64,000 nucleotides of DNA from Octopus bimaculoides (Eukaryota): contig NC_068990.1 in NCBI RefSeq assembly GCF_001194135.2, positions 29,571,209 through 29,635,208 on the forward strand, in the 5' to 3' direction. Positions 39,616 to 50,799 of the stretch are shown piece by piece. Within the stretch, counting starts at the first letter, position 1, and each line of letters starts with the position of its first letter. The notes beneath the pieces were generated by a model that ran no database searches, was not told the origin of the DNA, and saw only the letters and a list, made by a program, of their open reading frames with translations. The position numbers were made by a program, and so were the translations under genes.

Positions 39616-42600
39616 GTAAACATATCACTTACATTACCTTCATTTAGTGTCTTCACTGGAATATTCTGCTGCTTAAGAACTTGAATCAGGCTTCAATTCC
39701 AGACAATTGACGATCCGGTTTCGATTCTCAACTGGAATTGCTCCTTGTATGTTTTTATGAGCAGTACTTAGGAAAAACACGAATGTTGTAAATTGTCCTT
39801 ATACTTTTCCCCCTTTTGCGTTAATATAAAAATAATCTCTATTGACAGATATTTTGTAAAAAATACAAAGTGCTAAAAGAGAAATTCTTTCCACTTATAA
39901 CAACAAAGAATTTAACGATGAAATGAGTTTGAATAATTACTCCGTGTGTTGATAATTATTGTTCTTTCGTTTCTGATTAATTCTAGTCTTCTATTTGAAA
40001 CTAAACAAATAAAGGAGAACACGCTTCATCCAGGAACTATTATATGCACGTTCCAGTTCTGTTAGAGTATATTTTGAGTCATTAATATATATTTTTAGAA
40101 CCCGTACACGAATTAAGGCCGCTAAAGGTGTTTTAACTTTTCTAAACGTGTTTTTACACTCATCTAATTACATTGTTCGGGTCCCTACTTGTGCACTAAA
40201 ATCCTTTAAATATGTTGTTAGGACCCATTAAAATGCATTGTTAAGGTCCCTCAATTTATTGTCAGTATCCCTTAAATTTGTTGCTAGAACCCATAACTGT
40301 GTTTTTAGAGGCTCCCTAAATGTTCGTTTAGCACTCGATAAATATCCCCTAGGCTCCTATCAAAAAGTTCCGAGGTTCCTACTTATTTGTGATATATTAA
40401 AGAAACGAGCCAACGAAGGAGCAACTACATAAGCGCTCGAACTGCTAGAAATAGCAACCAAATGCCACCTTACTGTTTAGAAATACACAGCCTTTGTTTC
40501 AATTCTTAAAATACTGAAGAATTTAGAACACTAATTTTGTCATTATCAAGCTGGTACTTGGAACAAACTAACGTGAAATTTTGATGGAAAATTTTAATTT
40601 AGATAATTTTAATACAAGAATTTTGTATCACAGATTTAGGGATAGTGTTAGTGAGTTGGTTCCAAAATGGATAAAATGTGAAAATACATTGGATAATAGT
40701 CTCAAAAAGACGAGATAGCCATGGTTGGAACGCCTTTGATAATAGGTCTACTTTTTCAGTGCAGAGCTGGGAATAAATGACCCAGTAGCATATTATCTTT
40801 TACTTGTTTCTGTCATTAGACTGCGGCCATGCTGGAACATTATGTTGAAGAATTTTTTTGGTAGAATAAATCGACCCCAGTAGTTATTTCACTGATTTCT
40901 TTTGCTAAATTGTTAAGCTACAGGAATGTAAACACACCAACACCAGTAGTGGGGGATAACTGCACGCACATACACATACATAAATATATATATGGGGGTC
41001 GTTTAATCCCATCTCTGTACTGAAGAAGTAGACCTGTTATCAAAAGCTTTCCAGCCATAGCTATCTTGTCTTTTCTAGACTATGTTATCCGATATATATA
41101 TGTGTGTGTGTGTGTATTTATATGTCAAATGGCTGAAACAAAAAAAAGAATATGGCGTTTTGGGTAAGAAGATGGTGCCATGTAATAAAAGCAAAACCCT
41201 CTAACCCATGCCAACATTGAAGTGGAATGTTGTTTCTTCGCATAGGGAGCTTCTACATCATTGCTCAACCTGTTATAAATGGCAGCTAATTCTCCCTCAA
41301 GGCACAGCCTTTTCATCATCATCATCATCGTTTAACGTCCGCTTTCCATGCTAGCATGGGTTGGACGACTTGGCTGAGGACTGGTGAACCAGATGGCTAC
41401 ACCAGGCTCCAATCTGATCTGGCAAAGTTTCTACAGATGTATGGCCTTCCTAATGCCAACCACTCCGAGAGTGTAGTGGGTGCTTTTACGTGCCACTGGC
41501 ACGAAGGCCAGTCAGGCGGTACTGGCAACGGCCACGCTCAAAATGGTGTCTTTTACGTGCCACCTGCCCGGGAGCCAGTCCAGCGGCACTGGCAACGATC
41601 TCGCTCGAATGTCCTTACACATGCCACGTTAAAAATTGATGGATACATTGGATAATATAATCATAGACTCACTGGATCCGAAAATAAATGAAGTGGTCAG
41701 AGATGGCATCTTTCTGATCATATAATTAAGGACTGTGGATAAATTAATGTAATTACATCAAGTAAGGCAGTGAGCTAGCAGAACCCTTAACATTCTGGAC
41801 AAAATGCTTAGCAGCATTTCATTTGACTTTACATTCTCAGTTCAAATTCTATGATGGTTGACTTTGCCTTTCTTCCCTTCAGGATCAATGAAGTACCAGT
41901 TGTGTATTGGGGTCGTTGTTATTGATTTAACCCTCTTCCGCAATAATTCCAGGTCTTGAGTAAAATTGAAGCTAGTAATATCTTTCATCTTTTACTTGTT
42001 TCACATTTTAGACTGGCCATATTGGGGCACCAGCTTGAAGAATTTTTAGTCAAATCAATCGACTCCAGCATGTTTTTTTTTTTTTAAGCCTGGTACTTAT
42101 TCTATCAATCTCTTTTGCTGAACCACCAAGTTATGAGCATGTAAACACAACACCAGATGTCAAGCAGTGGTAGCGGACAAACAGACACAAAAGCCCACAC
42201 ATATATACATATGATGGGCTTCTTTCAGTTTCCATCTTCCAAATCCACTCACAAGGCTTTGGTCGACCCGAGGCTGTAGTAGAAGACACTTGCCCAAAGT
42301 GCCACGCAGTGGGACTGAACCCGGAAGCATGTTGTTGAGGAGTAAACTTCTTACCACTCAACCACACCCATGCCTATGTTTTTTGTCTTGAGAAATAACA
42401 TGGTGCTTATAGCATGGTTGGACCCATTAACTCAGAACCATCATCCTGCAAGGCCCTGTAATTGTCAATCCAAAATTCTTATACTCTTACTCTTTACTTG
42501 TTTCAGTCATTTGACTGCGGCCATGCTGGAGCACCGCCTTTAGTCGAGAAAATCGACCCCAGGTCTTATTCTTTGTAAGCCTAGTACTTATACTATCGGT

Positions 42601-42759
42601 CTCTTTTTGCTGAACTGCTAAGTTACAGGAACATAAACACACCAACATTGGTTGTCAAGTGATGGTGGGGTGACAAACACAGACACACAAACACATATAT
42701 ATATATATATATATGATGGGCTTCTTTCAGTTTCTGTCTTCCAAATCCACTCACAAAGC

Positions 42760-43080
42760 NNNNNNNNNNNNNNNNNNNNNNNNNNNNNNNNNNNNNNNNN
42801 NNNNNNNNNNNNNNNNNNNNNNNNNNNNNNNNNNNNNNNNNNNNNNNNNNNNNNNNNNNNNNNNNNNNNNNNNNNNNNNNNNNNNNNNNNNNNNNNNNNN
42901 NNNNNNNNNNNNNNNNNNNNNNNNNNNNNNNNNNNNNNNNNNNNNNNNNNNNNNNNNNNNNNNNNNNNNNNNNNNNNNNNNNNNNNNNNNNNNNNNNNNN
43001 NNNNNNNNNNNNNNNNNNNNNNNNNNNNNNNNNNNNNNNNNNNNNNNNNNNNNNNNNNNNNNNNNNNNNNNNNNNNNNNN
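42760..43080. other. Assembly gap, likely location of INTS10 exon 2
   Basis: N run; no candidate exon found elsewhere in the intron. Confidence 0.9.
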
Positions 43081-43262
43081 TTTCATTTTCATTTATATTT
43101 TAATCTCTTTGTGGCTTTTTTTCTTGTCAAAAACTTTATTTTCAGTCTCATTGCTTCATCTTCATCACTTTCTGTTTCTTTTTATCTGATAAAAACCATA
43201 AAAACGATAAATTGTTTTGCTTTAACCTTTCAACATTCAGATTTCTCTGTCAAATGTTGTGC

Positions 43263-43671
43263 TTGATATTGTATGGACTAAGATCCCTGTTGACAAGCCA
43301 CTGGTATTTATAGTGTTAAACACTTTCGGTATGCAAATTAGGGACTCCTTCACAGAGTAACTGCTGCATTTGTTAAGTATATAAACAGTTTGGCTGCTTG
43401 TTTCTCTGGAGACTGTCAGAATGATGTGGACGCCTCTGATGAGAAGCCAATAAGGTTCGAAAATCAATTTTTTTCAGTTTGCAGAGAAATGGCTAAAATT
43501 TGCCCTGTTTATAATTATTCCATATGTTACATATAAGATAGACTTCTTTAGTTTCCATTTACCAATTTCATTCATAAGACTAATGTTGTCATGAGGCTTT
43601 TGTAGAAGACACTTGCCCATCCTGCTAGAAATAACAGCTGAATCTCATGCACATTTCACTCTACAGTCTTA
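43263..43671 (+). mobile_element. Family HH-2 copy A (pLTR-like, damaged hammerhead core at 43436-43462)
   Basis: Direct repeat of 46018-46456 and inverted repeat of 45686-45943. Confidence 0.75.
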
Positions 43672-43903
43672 AAGAAGAAAGAATGCATGGTTGCATCTGG
43701 AATGTCTTTGGTCATGTCTGCTAGACAAGGTTGACCAGGGGCTAAACAACAACCACAGCAACACAACCATCACTTGACAACCCAACATATGTGTCTCTGT
43801 ATGTGGTCGACTTGCTAGAAATAACCACCAACTCTCTCTCTCTCTCTCTTTCAACTCATCTGGAAACACTGGAAGACATATAATTCTACAGATATGGGAT
43901 ATT

Positions 43904-44181
43904 ACAGTTCTATATTTGAGAGATGAGGAATTATTTACATTTGATGGACATTTGTCCTCATCTTGTTTGTTGTTAACACAACATTTCGGCTGATATACCC
44001 TCCAGCCTTCATCAGGTGTCTTGGGGAAATTTCAAACCTGGGTTCTCATTCCTAAGGTATTTTTCAATGTTATTATTATTATTCAAGTTACTGCTGGAAT
44101 CGAACTCAGAATCTTGGGGTTAGTAGCCCGTGCTCTTAACCACTACGCCAAGATGAGGACAAATATCCGTGAAATGTAAAT
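43904..44181 (-). mobile_element. Family HH-1 locus 2: full element on - (43904-44150) plus ~30-bp inverted 3' fragment (44151-44181)
   Basis: Same sequence as 3944-4234; head tggcgtagtggttaagagcacgggctactaacc; directly abutted on + by agatgaggacaaatatccgtgaaatgtaaat. Confidence 0.85.
43975..44020 (-). ncRNA. Minimal type-I hammerhead ribozyme motif (HH-1), best-preserved copy
   Basis: GACAC CUGAUGA A GGCUG-gaggguauau-CAGCC GAAA UGU U GUGUU; stem I GACAC/GUGUU and stem II GGCUG/CAGCC fully paired. Confidence 0.72.
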
Positions 44182-44857
44182 TCAGCTGTTAAAATATAGG
44201 AATCTGAGAATAAAAAAATTCTAAATAATAAATGATAGCTTTATAATTATTTACTGAAAAACGATAATCCTGTCTATTATAGACACAAGGCCTGATCGGA
44301 ACTTATTTTATCGACTGCCAAAACGATGAAAGGCAAGGTTGATGTTGGTGGAATTTGAACTCAGAACTTCAAGAGCCAGAAAAAAATTGCTGCTAACCAT
44401 TTTGCTCTGAGTAGTAATGATTCTAGCATCTCATTGTCTTTCTATTGAAGTAATGACCAAGACCTTTGGCATTATGTCATGCTTGAGAAGAAGAGCCATC
44501 AAGCTGAGCAAAATCGCAGCCGTGGCAGTTACCAGTGCCATGCAAATTGGCAGCCATGCTCATGGCACGTAAAAAAATACCCTGGTGTCATGCAAATGGC
44601 ACCCGTGCTGGTGGTACGTAACAGCACCCATTACACTCTCGGAGTGGTTAGCGTTAGGAAGGGCATTCAGCCGTAGAAAACCATGCCAAGTCAGACTGGA
44701 GTCTGGTGCTGCCTTCCAGCATGCCAGCCCCGTCAAACCACCCAAACCACGCCAGCATGGAGAATGGACTGCCATGTTATATTGGCAAACAATCTTTACT
44801 ACAAAATATATTGAAATTGTTACAATTTGATTCTTCATCTGTTTTTAAATTTTGCAG

Positions 44858-44961
44858 GTTTCAAAATTTCCCCCATGAGCCCAATCTTTGGGCTGAATTG
44901 CAATCAATGTTAGAAGCTATGCAATCGGACAACGTTGATTCAAAGTCTCAGTTACTCACAG
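44858..44961 (+). CDS. INTS10: INTS10 coding exon (equivalent to exon 3)
   Basis: tttgcag|G...ACA G|gtattt; 104 nt, phase 2/1; FQNFPHEPNLWAELQSMLEAMQSDNVDSKSQLLT resembles recalled FVNFPDQPVVWREI... Confidence 0.92.
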
Positions 44962-45685
44962 GTATTTCATTTGTTTTTATTTTTTCTTGTGGTTTTCATC
45001 GTCGTCATCATCATCGTTTAACAATTGTTTTCCATACTGGCATGGATGGTTTGACTGAGGCTGCACCAGGCTCCAATCTGATCTGGTAAGGTTTCTACAG
45101 CTGGATGCCCTTCCTAACGCCAACCATTCCGAGAGTGTAGTGGGTACTTTTTACATGCCACCAGCACTGGGGCCAGTCAGGTGGCTCTGGCATCGACCAC
45201 ACTCAAATGGTTTTTTTTATGTGCCACTAGCACGGGAGAGAGTCAGGCGGCACTGGCATCTTGTTTTATATTACAATTGAGGAAAGAATGACATTGTTGC
45301 TTGCAGGTATCCAATGTGTCAAGCACTGGCTCATTACATGTCTTGCAGCAAGAGTGAGAACAAAGGATTATCCATAACTCATTGTCGTCGTTGTCGTTTA
45401 ACATCCACTTTTCCATGTGCGCATGGGTCAGAAGAATTTTCTACCTGTTCCAGTGCCGCATAAAAAGTATCTGTACCGATGCCACGGTAAAAGCTCCTCT
45501 GCTGGTGTTATGTCAAAATCACTGGTACTGGTGCCATACAAAAAGCATCCAGTGCACTCTGTAAAGTGGTGGGCATTTTCTGCCAAAATGGAACCTGGTC
45601 TGACTCTCAGCCTTGCCAACTCCTGTCAAACTGTCCAACCCATGCCAGCAGTGAAAACAGAGCTTAAATGATGATTATGATGATA

Positions 45686-46456
45686 GGGCAAGTTTTAGCC
45701 ATTTCTCCACTGAAAAAAATGATGAACAACCTTAATTGATTTTCGAACCTTATTGGGTTCTCATCAGAGGCGTCTACATCATTCTGACAGTCTCCAGAGA
45801 AACAAGCAGCCAAACTGTTTATATACTCAACAAATGCAGCAGTTTCTCTATGAAGGAGTCCCTAATTTGCATACCGAAAGTGTTTAACACTCTATAAACA
45901 CCAGGGGCTTGTCAACAGGGATCTTTGTCCACACAGTATCAACATATGATATAATAAATATGTAACATATGGTATAATTCATCATTTTTTCAGTCTGCAT
46001 ATAAATTATATCATACCTTGATACTGTGTGGATTAAGATCCCTGTTGACAGGCCACTGGTATTTATAGAGTTTTAAACACTTTCAGTATGCAAATTAGGG
46101 ACTCCTTCATAGAGAAACTGCTGCATTTGTTGAGTATATAAACAGTTTGGCTGATTGTTTCTCTGGAGACTGTCAGAATGATGTAGATGCCTCTGATGAG
46201 AACCCAATAAGGTTTGAAAATTAATTTTTTTAGTCTGCAGAGAAATGGCTAAAATTTTCCATGTTTATAATTATACCATATGTTACATATAGGATAGACT
46301 TTTTTTATAATGTTACATATAGGATAGACTTCTTTGGTTTCCAGTTACCAATTTCATTCATAAGGCTAATGTTGTCATGAGGCTTTTGTAGAAGACACTT
46401 GCCCATCCTGCTAGAAATAACAGCTAAATCTCATGCACATCTCACTCTACAGTCTT
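45686..46456. mobile_element. Family HH-2 copies B (-, 45686-45943) and C (+, 46018-46456), head-to-head
   Basis: ~250-bp inverted arms around a ~75-bp spacer that itself contains fragments of the element. Confidence 0.78.
45724..45774 (-). ncRNA. Minimal type-I hammerhead ribozyme motif (HH-2, copy B)
   Basis: GACGCCU CUGAUGA GAACC-caauaa-GGUUC GAA AAUCAAUU A AGGUUGUUC; perfect 5-bp stem II; stem I GCCU/AGGU. Confidence 0.68.
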
Positions 46457-47124
46457 TATATATTAAAACTTGAAGGTTTTAATATATAAAACCTTCAAGC
46501 AGTTTTATATATTAATCTATTTTTTTGTTAAGGAAGGTCATGTCTGGAAGTATTTTCTGCTGAGATATGTCAAGTTTATGAAAGCAGCGTGGCTTGCAGA
46601 AAATGCCAGTTCTTTTATCTTTTTACTTGGGTCATTAGATTGTGGCAATTGTGGCCATGCTGGGGCACTGCATTGAAGAATTTTACTCGAATGAATTGAC
46701 CCTAGTGCTTTTCTTTATTTTTAAACCTCATACTTATTCTGTTTGTCTCATTTGCTGAACATCTAAGTTACAAGGATGTAAACACACCAACACTGGTTGT
46801 AAAGCAGTGTCATGGGCGACAAACATACATGCATATATGACAGGCTATTAAATCCACTCATAAGGCTTTGGTCAACTTGAAGCTATTGTAGAAGACACCT
46901 GCTCAAGGTGCTGCCATGCAGTGAGACTGAACCCAGGACCATGTGATTGGGAAACGAACTTCTTACCACACAGCCATGCTTGCACAAATAGATATTTAAC
47001 ATCGTAACTGGAATAATGAAGAAATTTAATTTCTCTGTTGAAGGCTGAAGCAGAAATAGGTTATGTTTACGTTGATGTTAACCATTTTGTCATTAAAGTC
47101 TCAAAATGTTTTCCTATTCCACAG

Positions 47125-47264
47125 ACATATTTGCTGCCGTGCCAACAAATGTCCAGTGTGGAATGTTGCTGTGTATGGCAAAGAAAATCAGTGATATTCT
47201 TGAGCAATGCCGACTTCTACTTTTGGCCATGAGGAAATTCCCAAATCTGGTTACGGAACAAGGA
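47125..47264 (+). CDS. INTS10: INTS10 coding exon
   Basis: ccacag|AC...GGA|gtatgt; 140 nt, phase 1/0; (D)IFAAVPTNVQCGMLLCMAKKISDILEQCRLLLLAMRKFPNLVTEQG. Confidence 0.93.
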
Positions 47265-48578
47265 GTATGTATCTAGATTTTGTTGTCTTGTTTTACTGAT
47301 GAGAGTGCACCTGTGCACCTATGTGTGTGGGGGGTTAAGATATTTGTAATACATAATGAATGTGTTTTAGTGGTGTGATTACAAAAATTTCATTACCATT
47401 CTTGTTGCATGGTAGAGGCACATGGCTTAGTGGTTAGTGTGTTGCACTCCTAATTATAAGATTGTAGTTTCAGTTCCTAGATGTGGCAGTGCATTGTGTT
47501 CTTGAGAAAAACACTTGATTTCACATTGCTCCAGTTCACTCAGCTGGCATAAAGGAGTAACCCTGCGACAGACTGGCGTCCCATCCGGGCAGGAGTATAT
47601 ATATATAATAACAGCTACTTTACAGACTGTTATTGGTTTCTTTTTATGTGCCACTGTGCCTCATGTAAGGTCACCAAGTAACTGGCAAAACGACACCCTT
47701 CAGCTGAGGGAGGTGGCTTAATGCCAGATGATGAAAGATTAAAGTATGATATAGAGACATTGAAACAGACATTTTGCTGCAGAAGAAATGTATTTTTACC
47801 TAATCCTCTTTTCTCACAACTGAAATCTCTTTTCCTCTGTTTTCCAACACATCAAGGCTATACAAAGAATATGTTTACATTTTTTATTTCACTGACAGTG
47901 AGGCTTTGTACTACTTAGATTTATTCCATTTCTACTAATGATGATGATGAAATCTAATTAGAATTTATGTTTTACCTGTTATCCATTAAAAAGAATTCCC
48001 TATTATAAGATTTATATTCTTGCCACATAGAAAGCACCCATGCCAGTGCTACATGGCACCCATGCTGGAGTCACATAAGAAGCAACTGTGCCAGGGCTAC
48101 ATAAGAAGCACCTGACTTAGGTGTCACCTGTATTGATGCCAAGTAGAGAGCACCCATTATACTCTGTAAAGTGGTTGGTGTTGGAAAGGGCCAAATCAGA
48201 CGAGTGGAGGCTTGGTGCAGCCCTCTGGTATGCCAGCTCCTATGAAACCATCTAACCCATGCCAGCAAGAGAAACAGATGTTAAATGATGATGATGATGA
48301 TGATCACTATAAGTATATCACTGAAATTGCCAATTGTGAGTCCCACATAAATACAAGGACTTAGAATTATCCAACAGGATTACTTCAGTCTCTCAACAAC
48401 TGACATCAAACCACTGCTCCTCCTCTCAAATATTCCCTTCATTTAGTTGAGGTGGGAGTGGCTTTTTCCTCTTCCCTGTTCTGTTTTTTCTTTGTCTTGC
48501 AAGTTACTTGATGACCTCACTGGACAGGTAGCATAAAGAAGGTACCCAGTATGGCTATGCTCGAATAGTGCTTTCTAC

Positions 48579-48976
48579 ATGCCACCAGTACAGGAGCCAG
48601 TCAAGCAGTACTGGCACCAACCATGCTTGAATGATGCTTTTTACATGCCACCAGCACGGGAGCCAGTCAGCCGGCACTGGCTTCAACCGTGCTTGAACGG
48701 TACTTTTTACGTACCACTGGCATGGGACCAGTCAGCCAACACAGGCAACGACCACGCTCAAATGGTGCGTTTTATGTGCCACCGGCATGGGAGCCAGTCA
48801 GCCAGAACTGGCAATAATCATGCTTGAATGGTGCGTTTTACATGCCACCAGCATGGGAGCCAGTCAGGCAGCACTGGCTTCAACCACACTTGAACGGTAC
48901 ATTTTTATGTGCCACCAGCATGGGAGCCAGTCAGCCAGAACTGGCAACAATCATACTCAAATGGTGCTTTTTACTT
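48579..48976 (-). repeat. Tandem array of six ~66-bp modules from SINE family A
   Basis: Unit ~gtgccaccagcatgggagccagtcagcc.g.actggc...a.catgcttgaatggtgc.tttta. Confidence 0.85.
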
Positions 48977-49154
48977 GCTACCTTATATAATAAGGTGTTT
49001 GATGGCCATCAAGGAGTTTAGGAACGAAGTAGTTGAAGGGTATTTATTGGTGTCATTTGCACCTTTGGGGTGACATTTTAACTTCTGTCCTCAGAAATTG
49101 AAACTTCTGTCTTGTTTTTTCTTTTCTTTTTTTTTGGTTTCTTTTACTCTGCAG

Positions 49155-49236
49155 TTGACATTAATAGAAACTTTGATCTTGTCAGAATCAATCACAAACG
49201 TACCCTCACCTGTTAATTGTTACAGGAAATTGTTAG
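49155..49236 (+). CDS. INTS10: INTS10 coding exon
   Basis: ctgcag|TTG...TTA G|gtaagt; 82 nt, phase 0/1; LTLIETLILSESITNVPSPVNCYRKLL (SPVNC.RKL motif). Confidence 0.94.
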
Positions 49237-49308
49237 GTAAGTCAAACTTCTTAATTATTGTCAGTGTTGTTGTTGTTATTGTTATTATTGTTGTTGTTGT
49301 TGTTGTTG

Positions 49309-49339
<31 letters not shown>

Positions 49340-50030
49340 CAGACTGGAGCCTGGTGTTGCCATCCGGTTTCACCAGTCCTCAGTCAAATCGTCCAACCCA
49401 TGCTAGCATGGAAAGCGGACGTTAAACGATGATGATGATGATGATTATTATTATTATTATTATTATTATTACATAAAGTGACAAGCTAGCAGAATCTTTA
49501 GCATGCTGGGCAAGATGCTTAATGGCATTTCATCCATTAATCACTCCTTCTTGTTAAAGGTCTTATCTTTTGTATCTGATATTTTCTTCACTTGAGAACG
49601 CGTTACAAAAGGGTTCTGAGTTCAAATGCTGCTGAAGTCGACTTTGTTACAATAGGGTTTAAAAACAGCTGAGCCAATGAGAGAGTCATTACCTGGTCAC
49701 TTCTCTTGCTAGAAATAACAACCAAGTATCCTTCAAATCATACACTGTTATCATTTTCATCATTTCACATCCATCTTCCATGCTGGCATGGGTTGGACAG
49801 TTCGACGGGAACTGGCAAGCCAGAGGACTGCACCAAGCTCCACTGTCTGTTTCGGCATGATTTCTATGGCTGGATGCCCTTCCTAATGCCAACCACTTTA
49901 CAAAGTGTACTGAATGCATTTTATGTGGCACCAGCTCTGACAAGGTCTGTTATGATATGGCTTTTCGAAACAAAGATACATTACATTATTTACATTTGAC
50001 GGGTATTTGTCCTCATCTTGTTTGTTGTTT

Positions 50031-50076
50031 AACATAACATTTCGGCTGATATTCCTTCCAGCCTTCATCAGGTATC
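50031..50076 (-). ncRNA. Hammerhead motif (HH-1) with stem I mismatch
   Basis: GAUAC CUGAUGA A GGCUG...CAGCC GAAA UGU U AUGUU; core intact, first stem I pair is C-A. Confidence 0.55.
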
Positions 50077-50333
50077 TTGGGGAAATTTCGAATCTGGGTT
50101 CTCATTTCAAAGGTATTTTTTGATGTTATTATTACTATTATTATTATTATCATTCAGGTCAGTGTCTGGAATCAAACTTGGCATATGGTGTAGTGGTTAA
50201 GAGCGCGGGCTACTAACCCCAAGATTCCAAGTTCGATTCCAGGCAGTGACCTGAATAATAATAATAATAATAATGATAATAATAACATCGAAAAAGCCTT
50301 AGGAATGAGAACCCAGGTTCGAAATTTCCCCAA

Positions 50334-50379
50334 GACACCTGATGAAGGCTGGAGGGTGTATCAGCCAAAACATTGTGTT
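50334..50379 (+). ncRNA. Inactivated hammerhead motif (HH-1), G12A
   Basis: GACAC CUGAUGA A GGCUG...CAGCC AAAA CAU U GUGUU; GAAA has become AAAA. Confidence 0.5.
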
Positions 50380-50799
50380 AACAATAAACAAGATGAGGAC
50401 ATATATCAGTCAAATGTAAATAATGAACAGACCAATGATCTAAAGCATTCCAAATGTGACCATCAAATGTAAATAATCTGCATAATTTCTCATCTCTTAG
50501 ATATAGAACTATAAAGATAAATTAGTCTGAATCTTTTGAAGAATTAGTGAAGAAATCTCAGACATGGAAGTAACTCCTAGAATTGGAAGGTCTTTAAGTG
50601 AAGGTAGCAGAAACTAAAGTTTTAGTAAAACCAAAGCCAGGATTTTATGTTGTGAAGTCATTATATCCAGCATAATGTAAAGAAGCTGGAGTTCCATAAA
50701 GTATCTCCAATATAAACCATGATGAAGGGTAGAGAAGAAGAGGTGGAGTGGCTTTGTAGGTTGGCTGGCAGAGAAGGGCTTCTTGTGGGCTAATGGTTA

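Larger units (their letters stand above)
49981..50510. mobile_element. Family HH-1 locus 3: full element on + (50180-50510) plus 5'-truncated inverted copy on - (49981-50181)
   Basis: A box TGGTGTAGTGG, B box GTTCGATTCC, (AAT)n linker, hammerhead-like core at 50334-50379, tail ...tatagaact. Confidence 0.85.

Noticed and set aside
48579-48976. CRISPR-like appearance of regularly spaced repeats
   Set aside because: The whole unit repeats with no unique spacers; it is a SINE module in a eukaryotic intron and there are no cas genes.
50186-50250. tRNA gene call for the tRNA-like head
   Set aside because: No acceptor-stem pairing or poly-T terminator; it continues into a repeated SINE body.
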